From contig CALPOS020000001.1 of NCBI GenBank assembly GCA_943325255.2, positions 1-32,842 on the forward strand: a DNA stretch of 32,842 nt, given 5' to 3'. Below, one piece after another: positions 1 to 9,066 of this stretch; positions within the stretch are counted from its first letter, which is position 1; each line of letters starts with the position of its first letter. Below the pieces are notes generated by a model. It saw only the letters and a list, made by a program, of their open reading frames with translations. It had not been told where the DNA came from and did no database searches. The translations under genes and the position numbers were made by a program. The stretch comes from Sphingobacterium thalpophilum (GTDB lineage Bacteria > Bacteroidota > Bacteroidia > Flavobacteriales > Flavobacteriaceae).

Positions 1-1
1 C

Positions 2-961
2 AAATGCTTCGTTGAGTTCGATTAAGTCGATGTCTTTCAATTGCAATCCAGCTTGTTTTAACGCTTTCGGAATCGCTTGCACAGGGCCTATTCCCATGAT
101 TCTCGGTTCAACACCTGCAGAAGCAAAATTGACCAAACGCGCGATAGGAGTGAGGTTGAGTTCTTTCACCATTTCCTCGCTCATAATCAATACGAAAGCC
201 GCACCATCACTCATTTGAGATGAATTCCCTGCCGTAACACTTCCGTCAGCGGCAAACACAGGTTTTAAATTACCTAGCGCTGCAATATTCGTATCTGCTC
301 TTGGACCTTCGTCTTTATTGACCGTGTATGATTTTGTTTCTTTTTTTCCGTTTTCGTTGATGAATGTTTGCTCGACAGTTATGGGCACAATTTGCTTATC
401 AAATTTACCTTCTGCTTGGGCTTTTAGTGCTTTTTGATGCGACTTGAAAGCAAAAGCATCTTGATCTTCACGCGATATATTAAATTGTTTTGCAACAGCT
501 TCTGCTGTAAGTCCCATGCCCCAATAGTAATCTTCATTTCCTTCTTTCGCTACCGAATAGTCAGGGGTTGGTTTGTAACCGCCCATTGGAATAAAACTCA
601 TGCTTTCGGCGCCACCTGCAATGATGCAGTCTGCCATTCCGGCTTGAATTTTTGCCGTTGCCATTCCGATGGTTTCCAATCCGGAGGCGCAATATCGGTT
701 GACGGTGACACCAGGAACATCAGTTACTTTTAATCCCATTAATGAAATTAATCGTCCAACATTTAATCCTTGTTCTGCTTCGGGCATAGCGTTTCCTACC
801 ATGACATCGTCAATTCTTTTCTTATCGAAGTCAGGTAATTCATTCATCATAAAATGAATGGTTTCCGCTGCTAATTCATCAGGTCGTTTGAATCGAAAAA
901 CACCTTTTGGCGCTTTTCCAACGGCTGTTCTGTATGCTTTTACTATGTATGCTGTTTTCAT
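2..961 (-). CDS. fadA: Acetyl-CoA C-acyltransferase (3-ketoacyl-CoA thiolase), truncated at the 3' end by the window edge
   Basis: Not in the ORF track; translated by hand from ATG at 961-959: MKTAYIVKAYRTAVGKAPKGVFRFKRPDELAA. Contains the thiolase active-site TVNRYCASG and VTAGNSSQMSDGAA motifs. Lies downstream of the 3-hydroxyacyl-CoA dehydrogenase gene. Confidence 0.93.
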   Translation of the reverse strand, partial: MKTAYIVKAYRTAVGKAPKGVFRFKRPDELAAETIHFMMNELPDFDKKRIDDVMVGNAMPEAEQGLNVGRLISLMGLKVTDVPGVTVNRYCASGLETIGMATAKIQAGMADCIIAGGAESMSFIPMGGYKPTPDYSVAKEGNEDYYWGMGLTAEAVAKQFNISREDQDAFAFKSHQKALKAQAEGKFDKQIVPITVEQTFINENGKKETKSYTVNKDEGPRADTNIAALGNLKPVFAADGSVTAGNSSQMSDGAAFVLIMSEEMVKELNLTPIARLVNFASAGVEPRIMGIGPVQAIPKALKQAGLQLKDIDLIELNEAF

Positions 962-975
962 TTTTTTATTTTTTG

Positions 976-1059
976 AGAATATAGACAGAGAGATGATAGA
1001 TGATAGACTTTTCAACTCTGTCTATTATCTCTTCGTCTATTATCTATTATCTAATTTCT
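976..1059. repeat. Inverted array of degenerate heptamers
   Basis: Left arm agaatat-agacagag-agatgat-agatgat-agac (976-1008), 11-nt spacer, right arm gtctatt-atctctt-c-gtctatt-atctatt-atctaat (1020-1055). 991-1008 pairs with 1035-1052 over 18 bp with two G-T pairs. Confidence 0.85.
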
Positions 1060-3441
1060 CAACGGTTTTCCCTTTGTTAACATAAATTGAATTCGTTCCA
1101 ACGTTTTTCTTTCCGTGCAAAGCGATAAGAAGGCTTCACGTTCGATATCTAATAAGTATTGTTCAGATACCAAAGTGGACTCAGATAAATCACCGCCTGC
1201 CATAACGTAAGCTAGTTTATTGGCAATTTTCAAGTCGTGATCAGAGATGTATTTTCCCGCAACCATTTGATTGGTTCCAACTAAGAACATTCCTAATGCT
1301 TGTTTACCTAAGACTTTTACATCCGTTCTACGAATAGGTTGGGTATAACCCGCTTCGGCCATGAGTAGCGCGTGTTTCTTTGCTTCCGCAATTTGGCGAT
1401 CTTTGTTGACCACGACGATATCTTTTCCGTGTTGTAAGATGCCTAAATCGAATGCTTCATAGGCGGAAGTGGATACTTTTGCCATCGCAACTGTTAGGAA
1501 GTATTCTTGTAGCACATTCAATTCGACATCGTTTTTTCGAAATAAATCCGAGGCACGTAATGCCATTTCTTTGGATCCACCGCCACCCGGAATCACACCG
1601 ACGCCAAATTCAACCAATCCGATATACGATTCTGCTGTAGCGACCACTTTGTCTGCATGCATACTCATTTCACATCCGCCACCCAAAGTCATTCCGTGTG
1701 GTGCTACAATTACCGGAATACTCGAATAACGCACGCGCATCATGGTGTCTTGAAACATTTTGATGGCCATGTTCAATTCATCGTATTCTTGTTCAACTGC
1801 CATCATAAAGATCATTCCGATGTTGGCACCAACGGTAAAATTGGCGGCTTGATTTCCGATGACCAATCCTTGGTATTCTTTTTCTGCAAGGTCAATGGCT
1901 TTGTTGATGCCTTGTAAAACATCACCGCCAATCGTGTTCATTTTCGATCGGAATTCAAGATTTAAAATACCATCGCCGAGATCTTGAATTATTGCGCCGC
2001 TATTGCTCCATACTTTTTTGGTTTCTCTGATGTTATCCAAAATGATAAAGGCATCTTGCCCCAGCACTTTTACTTGTGATTTTGTTGCGGTGGAATAGCA
2101 ATAAGTTGCACCTTCTTTAATCGTGTAAAAACTCGAATTTCCGGAAGCTAACATATCAGACACCCAAGCTGCCGGTGCTAAGTTTTCAGCCTTCATGATT
2201 TCGATTCCTTGGGTAACTCCAATGGCATCCCAGATTTCGAATGGTCCGTTTTCCCAACCGAAACCAGCTTTCATAGCGTCGTCAATTTTGTATAAATCGT
2301 CTGCTATTTCTGGAATTCTATTCGACACATAGGCAAACATTCCTGCAAAACTTTTTCTATAAAATTCACCCGCTTTATCCTTTCCTTTTACAAGTACTTT
2401 AAAGCGATCGATTGGTTTGTCGATGGTTTTGGTTAATTCTAAGGTGGCAAATGCTGCTTTCTTCGCCGGTCTATATTCGAGTGTATTTAAATCTAGAGAC
2501 AAGATATCTTTGTCGACTTTTTTATAAAATCCTTGATTGGTTTTGCTTCCCAGCCAATTGTTGCCCATCATTTTGGTTATGAAATCTGGCATTTTGAAAA
2601 GTTCATGCGCTTCATCATTCGGGCAATTGTCATAAATTCCGTTAGCCACATGAACCAACGTATCCAAACCTACTACATCTACTGTTCGGAACGTTGCAGA
2701 TTTTGGACGACCAATTACTGGACCGGTTAATTTGTCGACTTCCTCAATTGTTAGTCCCATTTCCTTTACCAAATGAAAGAGACTTTGAATGCCAAATATT
2801 CCGATTCGATTGCCAATAAATGCGGGTGTGTCTTTGGCAACTACCGAAGTTTTACCCAAGAACTGCGAGCCGTAGTTGGTTAGAAATTCGAGTACCTCAT
2901 TTGAAGTTTGCGGTCCAGGTATAATTTCAAATAATTTCAAGTAGCGCGCTGGATTGAAAAAGTGTGTGCCGCAGAAGTGCTTTTGAAAATCTTCACTTCT
3001 TCCTTCACTCATATATTGAATCGGAATACCAGAAGTGTTTGACGTTACTAATGTCCCTGGTTTTCTGTATTTTTCAATCTGTTCAAAAACAGATTTTTTG
3101 ATGTCTAATCGTTCAACCACAACTTCGATGATCCAATCGGCTGTAGCAATTAGAGCGAGATCATCTGTGGTGTTGCCAGTCTTAATTCGACTTGCGAATT
3201 TCTGATGATAAATAGGAGAGGGTTTCGATTTTAACGCGTTGGCTAGATGATCGTTGACAATACGATTTCGGACCATTTTGTCATCTAAAGTCAATCCTTT
3301 TTTTGTTTCGGTTTCAGTAAGTTCTCGAGGAATAATATCTAGGAGAAGTACTTCAACACCAATATTAGCAAAATGGCAGGCAATTCCAGAGCCCATGATT
3401 CCGGAACCAATTACTGCAACTTTTTTAATAGTTCTTTTCAT
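1051..3441 (-). CDS. fadN: 3-hydroxyacyl-CoA dehydrogenase / enoyl-CoA hydratase (FadN-type domain order)
   Basis: 796 aa. N-terminal Rossmann motif VIGSGIMGSGIA, SNTSG and GTHFFNP dehydrogenase motifs. C-terminal crotonase domain with GGGCE and GLVEFGVGVIPGGGG. Confidence 0.92.
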   Translation of the reverse strand: MKRTIKKVAVIGSGIMGSGIACHFANIGVEVLLLDIIPRELTETETKKGLTLDDKMVRNRIVNDHLANALKSKPSPIYHQKFASRIKTGNTTDDLALIATADWIIEVVVERLDIKKSVFEQIEKYRKPGTLVTSNTSGIPIQYMSEGRSEDFQKHFCGTHFFNPARYLKLFEIIPGPQTSNEVLEFLTNYGSQFLGKTSVVAKDTPAFIGNRIGIFGIQSLFHLVKEMGLTIEEVDKLTGPVIGRPKSATFRTVDVVGLDTLVHVANGIYDNCPNDEAHELFKMPDFITKMMGNNWLGSKTNQGFYKKVDKDILSLDLNTLEYRPAKKAAFATLELTKTIDKPIDRFKVLVKGKDKAGEFYRKSFAGMFAYVSNRIPEIADDLYKIDDAMKAGFGWENGPFEIWDAIGVTQGIEIMKAENLAPAAWVSDMLASGNSSFYTIKEGATYCYSTATKSQVKVLGQDAFIILDNIRETKKVWSNSGAIIQDLGDGILNLEFRSKMNTIGGDVLQGINKAIDLAEKEYQGLVIGNQAANFTVGANIGMIFMMAVEQEYDELNMAIKMFQDTMMRVRYSSIPVIVAPHGMTLGGGCEMSMHADKVVATAESYIGLVEFGVGVIPGGGGSKEMALRASDLFRKNDVELNVLQEYFLTVAMAKVSTSAYEAFDLGILQHGKDIVVVNKDRQIAEAKKHALLMAEAGYTQPIRRTDVKVLGKQALGMFLVGTNQMVAGKYISDHDLKIANKLAYVMAGGDLSESTLVSEQYLLDIEREAFLSLCTERKTLERIQFMLTKGKPLRN

Positions 3442-3444
3442 TTC

Positions 3445-3918
3445 TTATTTGTCAATTTGCTGCGCTAGATGGTGAGCGCTCGGGTGATTAAATATGTTTT
3501 TTTCTTGTATTAGTTCGTTGATGGATTCTGCTACTTCGATAAAATGTTGTAGCTTTTCTTGGGGTATATTTTTGCGTAGCGATTCATTAAATTTTAAAAC
3601 TGTATTGCGTGATAGTTCTCTTTTTTCCTTTCCAAATTCCGTCAAATAGATGAGCATGCCACGACCGTCGTTGGGGTTTTTCTTTCGAATAATCAAACCG
3701 CGATCCTCCATCGATTTTAAGGTGCGTGTCAAACTTGTCGCTTCCATTCCCATTTTTGGAGCCAAGGCAGTAGATGGTGTTCCGTCTTCTCTGTCTAAAC
3801 TTAAAAGTGCAAATCCAGTTGCCATTGTTGCGTCGTATTTTGTCGCTTCTTCATTATACATTCTAGCGACGGCTTGCCAGGTTGCCCTTAGGACATAATC
3901 AATAGTTTTGTCTTTCAT
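3445..3918 (-). CDS. MarR-family transcriptional regulator
   Basis: Winged-helix pattern LAPKMGMEATSLTRTLKSMEDRGLIIR...DGRGMLIYLTEFG. Start moved to ATG 3918 (MKDKTIDY) because the TTG at 3939 is part of the -7 promoter box. Stop is 3 nt before the fadN start. Confidence 0.9.
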   Translation of the reverse strand: MKDKTIDYVLRATWQAVARMYNEEATKYDATMATGFALLSLDREDGTPSTALAPKMGMEATSLTRTLKSMEDRGLIIRKKNPNDGRGMLIYLTEFGKEKRELSRNTVLKFNESLRKNIPQEKLQHFIEVAESINELIQEKNIFNHPSAHHLAQQIDK

Positions 3919-3936
3919 AAACTGAGAATTGAAAGT

Positions 3937-3970
3937 CAAATATAATAAAAAATACTATGCACGCATAATA
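3937..3970 (-). promoter_or_regulatory. Bacteroidota -7 box with an upstream palindrome (candidate MarR operator)
   Basis: CAAATATA at 3937-3944 reads TATATTTG on the minus strand (TAnnTTTG). Palindrome TAcTATGC-AC-GCATAaTA at 3953-3970 covers the expected -33 position. Confidence 0.7.
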
Positions 3971-4004
3971 AATTACATGTTTTTTTTCCGTTAAGTTATT
4001 GGGC

Positions 4005-4040
4005 AAAAAAAAACTCCTCAATTCGAGGAGTTTCTTTTTT
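4005..4040. terminator. Intrinsic terminator, probably bidirectional
   Basis: AAACTCCTC-AATTC-GAGGAGTTT hairpin (4011-4033) flanked by an A-run and a T-run, just downstream of the 4053-4436 gene. Confidence 0.88.
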
Positions 4041-4052
4041 CTATTTGAATTT

Positions 4053-4436
4053 CTATTTCAATTTATTGCAAGTCAGAGCAACAGCAGCACCCATTATGGT
4101 CCCAATAAAAGTTGATATCGCGATATCGAGTGCCATATTTTGATAATTAACTTCCATTCCGGAATACATAAAAAAATTCATAGACAAGCTATTGAATATT
4201 CCGATTGTTGCGCCTGCTTTCATTCCAGTTACAGGATTTCTAATGTGTGCCCACTTACTAAAAATATAAGCGATAAATAAACCCAAAGTCATACAACCAA
4301 GAAAAATGAACATTAAATTCATATTCTCATTTTGAGGATATAAATCTTTAAACAACATGCCATACAAAACCCAACCTAAGAGGAAATTAACTAGTCCTCC
4401 CACAATTCCTGAAATTAAAAAGTTTTTTACATTCAT
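4053..4436 (-). CDS. Small multi-pass membrane protein (about 4 TM, DUF1761-like), function unknown
   Basis: 127 aa with four hydrophobic Gly-rich segments and its own terminator. Confidence 0.75.
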   Translation of the reverse strand: MNVKNFLISGIVGGLVNFLLGWVLYGMLFKDLYPQNENMNLMFIFLGCMTLGLFIAYIFSKWAHIRNPVTGMKAGATIGIFNSLSMNFFMYSGMEVNYQNMALDIAISTFIGTIMGAAVALTCNKLK

Positions 4437-4590
4437 AATTTTAATAATTTATGGTTAGTATTATAAAAGTATTAAAATTGAATGCTTCCTTATTTTTATA
4501 ATAAATTAATTATGAACCTTTTAATTGCTAATTTGTTGATAAGTGAAATTTTTTGTCACCGAAAAATGGACTCAAAATCGAAGCTATCCT

Positions 4591-6369
4591 CTAGGAATTG
4601 GGATATATTTTCTTGTATAAGTCTTTGTATTTTTCCAATACTATTTTCCGTTTTAATTTCATTGTTGGTGTTAAATGTCCACCCTCGATAGACCATAAGT
4701 CTGGTGTCAATTCAAATCGCTTGATTTTTTCCCAACTCCCAAATTTTTCATTAAGTCGCTCAATTTCTTCTTGTATGCGGTCAATTACTTTGGGATTCGA
4801 GATAATATCTTGATTGGTTTTTCCTACTTCGATTCCGTGAATTCTCCCCCATTCACCGATAAAATCAAAGCTAGGTTGAATAAACGCCGCGGGCATTTTT
4901 TCACCGTCACCAATAACCATAATTTGTTCGATGAATCTAGATTGTTTCATTACATTCTCAATAATTTGGGGAGCAATGTACTTTCCACCTGAAGTCTTAA
5001 ACATTTCTTTTTTGCGATCGGTAATTTTTAGAAATCCGTCGCTATCTACTTCTCCAATATCACCTGTCAAGAAATAACCGTCTTTCAAAACTTCATTGGT
5101 TAAAACTTCGTCTTTATAATAGCCCATCATCACATTTGGACCTTTACAAAGTATTTCACCGTCGGGCGCTATTTTGACTTCGACATTATGAATTACTCTG
5201 CCTACCGTACCTATCCTGAAGCCGCCATCTTTTTGACAGTTTACCGATATGACTGGTGAAGTTTCAGTCAAACCATAACCTTCCATAACAGGCATTTCTG
5301 CAGCAGCGAAAACTCGAGCCAGACGTGCTTGTAATGCTGCACTTCCGGACACCATCACGTTTAAATTACCGCCTAATCCTTCTTTCCACTTACTAAAAAT
5401 GAGTTTCCGAGCAATTTTCAATTGGGTTTCGTACCAGAATCCGTTGGCGCCGTACGGTTCGTATCGCAGTCCTAAATCGACAGCCCAAAAGAAAAGTTTC
5501 TTTTTGATTCCCGTTAACTCAGATCCTTTGGCATAGATTTTATCATATACTTTTTCCAAAAGCCTCGGCACTACGGAAAAGACAGTAGGTTTCACTTCTT
5601 TAATATTTTCAGAAAGTTTTTCGAGGGATTCGGCAAAGTAGATGGAAACCGAATAATACTGGTAGATATACAAAATAACCCTTTCAAAAATATGGCAAAT
5701 GGGAAGAAAGCTCAGCGCAACACTCGTTCCTTCTTCAAAAGGAATTCTTGGTGAACTGTCAAGTACATTCGAAACAATATTATGGTGGGAAAGCATGACG
5801 CCTTTTGGTCTTCCAGTTGTTCCAGAAGTGTAAATGATGGTGGCTAAATCCTCTGGTTTGACGTGATTTTTTCGGTCTTCAACGACATCTTGATTAGAGA
5901 CATCTCCTCCAATTTGTAATAATTCTTTCCAGTTTTTGCATCCTTCGATTTCGTTGAAAGAATAAACGTCGATGAGATAATTCAAGTTTTTCTTAATCAA
6001 ATTTACTTTTCGAAGTACTTCGTCATCTGAAACAAAACAATACTTAGCTTCACAGTGGTTTAATATATATTCGTAATCCAATTCGGAGATGGTTGGGTAA
6101 ATAGGCACATTTTGAGCTCCAACCTGAAGAACACCAATGTCCATAATATTCCATTCTGTCCTATTACTGGAGGAAATGACCGCGATTTTATCGTTTTTTT
6201 GAATTCCCAAACGCAGCAAAGCTCTTGAAATCTTATTGGATTGATCAACATATTCTTGCGTAGAAGTTCTTATCCATTGCCCATCATACTTCGTGACTAA
6301 AGCGGCTGGAATATTGTTCTTTTCTAATTGGTAATATGGAAAATCAAAAAGACGTGTAATTGGAGTCAT
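4591..6369 (-). CDS. fadD: Long-chain fatty acid--CoA ligase (AMP-dependent synthetase)
   Basis: 592 aa. AMP-binding motifs IIYTSGTTGRPKG, EGYGLTE and TGDIG, plus TDRKKEMFKTSGGKYIAP and C-terminal LTPTMKLKR. Confidence 0.92.
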   Translation of the reverse strand: MTPITRLFDFPYYQLEKNNIPAALVTKYDGQWIRTSTQEYVDQSNKISRALLRLGIQKNDKIAVISSSNRTEWNIMDIGVLQVGAQNVPIYPTISELDYEYILNHCEAKYCFVSDDEVLRKVNLIKKNLNYLIDVYSFNEIEGCKNWKELLQIGGDVSNQDVVEDRKNHVKPEDLATIIYTSGTTGRPKGVMLSHHNIVSNVLDSSPRIPFEEGTSVALSFLPICHIFERVILYIYQYYSVSIYFAESLEKLSENIKEVKPTVFSVVPRLLEKVYDKIYAKGSELTGIKKKLFFWAVDLGLRYEPYGANGFWYETQLKIARKLIFSKWKEGLGGNLNVMVSGSAALQARLARVFAAAEMPVMEGYGLTETSPVISVNCQKDGGFRIGTVGRVIHNVEVKIAPDGEILCKGPNVMMGYYKDEVLTNEVLKDGYFLTGDIGEVDSDGFLKITDRKKEMFKTSGGKYIAPQIIENVMKQSRFIEQIMVIGDGEKMPAAFIQPSFDFIGEWGRIHGIEVGKTNQDIISNPKVIDRIQEEIERLNEKFGSWEKIKRFELTPDLWSIEGGHLTPTMKLKRKIVLEKYKDLYKKIYPNS

Positions 6370-6510
6370 TATTATTCATTTTGAAAATGCAAAATAATCA
6401 ATTTATTTAATATTTTGTGTTAATTTCTTTCGCTCTAAAAAAGGGATCACTTGGGACCATTAATTTTATCTTAAATTACCACGATTAGGGTTTTCTTCCA
6501 TTTAATTTGA

Positions 6511-6518
6511 TAATTTTG
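6511..6518 (+). promoter_or_regulatory. -7 promoter box for the LTA-synthase-family operon
   Basis: TAATTTTG ending 17 nt before the ATG at 6536. Confidence 0.6.
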
Positions 6519-6535
6519 CGCCATATCTATTTCCA

Positions 6536-8467
6536 ATGATGCAGCACTTAAGATTAAACGAATATAAAGTACTGGCTTACCGAATTTTATTGGCCTATTT
6601 TTTCTATTTTATTGCTCGAATTTTTTTCTATCTTTTTAATGCAAAGCTTCTAAAAGTGCATTCGATTAGCGAGTTTTTTGAACTTTGTTACTATGGTCTG
6701 GTATTCGATACGACCGCCATTTTGTATGTCAACCTCTTGTTTATTGTTTTAGCCATCTTGCCATTTAAGAGTAATACATCTCCAGGATATCAGAAGTTCC
6801 TGTTCTTTATTTATTTCGGAATGAACTTATTGGCTTATGCAACTAATTTTGTTGATTTAATTTATTACAAATTTACTTACGCTCGAACTACAACTGCCAT
6901 CATTAATGTAATTGAACATGAAGTCAATTTGACCAAACTTTTTCTCAGCTTTATAGTTGATTTTTGGTATGTATTTATCCTCTATTTTCTATGCGCTTGG
7001 TTGTGGATTTATTTGTATAAAAAAGTTAAGGTAAAACAAGTAACATCGGCTAATAATTTGCCCTATTTTACTTTTTCCACTTTTATGTTTTTACTTATTT
7101 CAACACTTATTGTTGGAGGAATTCGCGGAGGCGACTTTAAGAAATCTACACGCCCAATAAACTTGCTAGATGCAAACCGGCATGTTACGAATATTGTGCA
7201 TGCTGACATTGTTTTGAATACTCCTTTTGCAATTATTAGAACGCTCAAAAGCAACAGTTTTATTAAAACTAACTACCAGGGCGTTACAAATCAACTGATT
7301 CTCGAGAAAGTACAGCCAATAAAGCAGTATCGTAACAATCCCCAAACTACGCCTAATGTTGTGGTTGTAATCCTAGAGAGCAACGGACGTGAGTATTTTG
7401 GATGTCTAAATAAGAAATCCAATATCAAAGATTTTAAGTCACATACACCTTTTCTTGATTCCTTGGCGCAACATAGCATGATTTACAATAATGCGTACTC
7501 GAATGGAAGACAATCTATCCATGGAATGTCTTCGGTTCTAGCGGGAATACCTTCTTTTAAAGACGCTTTTACTTCTTCACCCTATCCTAAACAAAAAATA
7601 GAATCTTTGGTTTCTACTTTAGAAAGTTTGGGTTATGGAACTTCTTTTTTTCACGGTGCTGCTAATGGATCGATGGGATTTTTAGGTTTTGCGAATATTT
7701 TAGGAATCGATAAGTATTATGGGCGTACCGAATTCAATGATGATAGTGAGTTTGATGGCTTTTGGGGTATCTGGGATGAGCCTTTTTTGCAGTTTATGAA
7801 AACTAAACTGGATGAAGAAAAAACACCTTTCTTTTCAACGGTATTCACTGTTTCTTCTCACGAACCTTACAACATTCCAAGTAAGTATAAAAACAAGTTT
7901 AAAGAAGGTCAAATCAATATGCACAAGTGTGTTGAGTATACAGATTTTTCTATCAAGCAATTTTTTGAAAAGGCAAAGAAGTCAGCGTGGTTCCAGAATA
8001 CAATTTTTGTGTTTGTTGCGGATCATGGAAACACCACGTACTACAAAGAGTACTATCGCGCGATTGAGCGGTTTGCAGTGCCAATTATTATTTATAAACC
8101 CAATAGCGAATATGTTGGCGTTGATGATGATTTTGCACAACAGATCGATATTTATCCGACAATTCTCGATATGATCGGCTATCAAAAACCATTTCGAAGT
8201 TGGGGTAGAAGTCTGCTAGATAAGAAATCATCAACGCCGTTTGTAATGAATTCAACCGGTAACTTGTACCAATTCTCCAGAGGGAATTATGTTTGTATTT
8301 TCGATGGAACCAAATCAATTGGTTTTTACAGCAAAGATGATAAAGCACTGAGGCACAATTTAATTTCCAACAGAAATGCGGAAATGGATGATATAGAATT
8401 GAATTGCAAGGCCTTTATACAAGATTATATGGAGCGCGTGGTAGATCAAAAATTAACAACGAAATAA
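6536..8467 (+). CDS. LTA synthase family / sulfatase-like membrane phosphotransferase
   Basis: 643 aa. About five N-terminal TM helices, then an alkaline-phosphatase-superfamily domain: PNVVVVILES, TPFLDSL, NGRQSIHG, SSHEPY, YTD, FVADHG, QIDIYPTILD. Confidence 0.88.
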   Translation: MMQHLRLNEYKVLAYRILLAYFFYFIARIFFYLFNAKLLKVHSISEFFELCYYGLVFDTTAILYVNLLFIVLAILPFKSNTSPGYQKFLFFIYFGMNLLAYATNFVDLIYYKFTYARTTTAIINVIEHEVNLTKLFLSFIVDFWYVFILYFLCAWLWIYLYKKVKVKQVTSANNLPYFTFSTFMFLLISTLIVGGIRGGDFKKSTRPINLLDANRHVTNIVHADIVLNTPFAIIRTLKSNSFIKTNYQGVTNQLILEKVQPIKQYRNNPQTTPNVVVVILESNGREYFGCLNKKSNIKDFKSHTPFLDSLAQHSMIYNNAYSNGRQSIHGMSSVLAGIPSFKDAFTSSPYPKQKIESLVSTLESLGYGTSFFHGAANGSMGFLGFANILGIDKYYGRTEFNDDSEFDGFWGIWDEPFLQFMKTKLDEEKTPFFSTVFTVSSHEPYNIPSKYKNKFKEGQINMHKCVEYTDFSIKQFFEKAKKSAWFQNTIFVFVADHGNTTYYKEYYRAIERFAVPIIIYKPNSEYVGVDDDFAQQIDIYPTILDMIGYQKPFRSWGRSLLDKKSSTPFVMNSTGNLYQFSRGNYVCIFDGTKSIGFYSKDDKALRHNLISNRNAEMDDIELNCKAFIQDYMERVVDQKLTTK

Positions 8468-8468
8468 G

Positions 8469-9056
8469 ATGAAGAAAAGCACAAAGAGAATTGGTTTAGT
8501 AGTATTAGTTCTTATCATTGTTTTTGTTGGTAAGTATGTTTACGACATGAACATCAATCACAATTTTGAGACAATTACAGAAGGGAAAGTGTATAAATCT
8601 GGTGTAATCCCGCCAAACGAAATTGAAAGTTACGTCAAAAAGCACAAAATCAAATCGATTGTAGATCTGCGTTTTCCCGGAACCGCGGATTTGGTAAATA
8701 ATCCAGAAATACCACAAGAATTGATCGCCGAAAAAGAGGCGATTGCTAAGATCAAAGGAGTGAACTACTTCAATAATGGTTCCGACCAAGTTCCTAAGCC
8801 GGAGAACTTAAAAACATTTTTTAAGATTATGGATAATCCGGCTAATTATCCTGTGTTAATACATTGTTATCATGGTGTAGGAAGAGCAGAAATGTACTCC
8901 GCTATTTATAGAATTGAATACGAAAACTGGACCAATGAGCAAGCACGCCAAGGTGTGAGGACTTTGGTGAAATATAGCTCATTTGACGATGGAAAACCTA
9001 AAGGCGAGTTCTTGAAAGCATACAAAAGCAGGAAACAAGTTGCCGCTGAACAGTAA
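8469..9056 (+). CDS. Dual-specificity / tyrosine phosphatase-fold protein with an N-terminal membrane anchor
   Basis: 195 aa. P-loop PVLIHCYHGVGRA (CX5R) and IKSIVDLR motif. N-terminus has basic residues followed by a hydrophobic helix. Starts 1 nt after the upstream stop. Confidence 0.85.
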   Translation: MKKSTKRIGLVVLVLIIVFVGKYVYDMNINHNFETITEGKVYKSGVIPPNEIESYVKKHKIKSIVDLRFPGTADLVNNPEIPQELIAEKEAIAKIKGVNYFNNGSDQVPKPENLKTFFKIMDNPANYPVLIHCYHGVGRAEMYSAIYRIEYENWTNEQARQGVRTLVKYSSFDDGKPKGEFLKAYKSRKQVAAEQ

Positions 9057-9066
9057 GGGAATTAGT

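Noticed and set aside
976-1059. Reading the repeat arrays as CRISPR or as intrinsic terminators
   Set aside because: There is no repeat-spacer structure and no cas gene. The stems are AT-rich and imperfect and lie between co-oriented genes.
12-1085. Short plus-strand ORFs in the track (12-218, 434-733, 669-857, 858-1085) and similar short antisense ORFs across the window
   Set aside because: They are shadows of well-supported genes on the opposite strand and have no recognisable motifs.
1051-3441. Dehydrogenase-before-hydratase domain order, the reverse of E. coli FadB
   Set aside because: This is the known FadN-type architecture.
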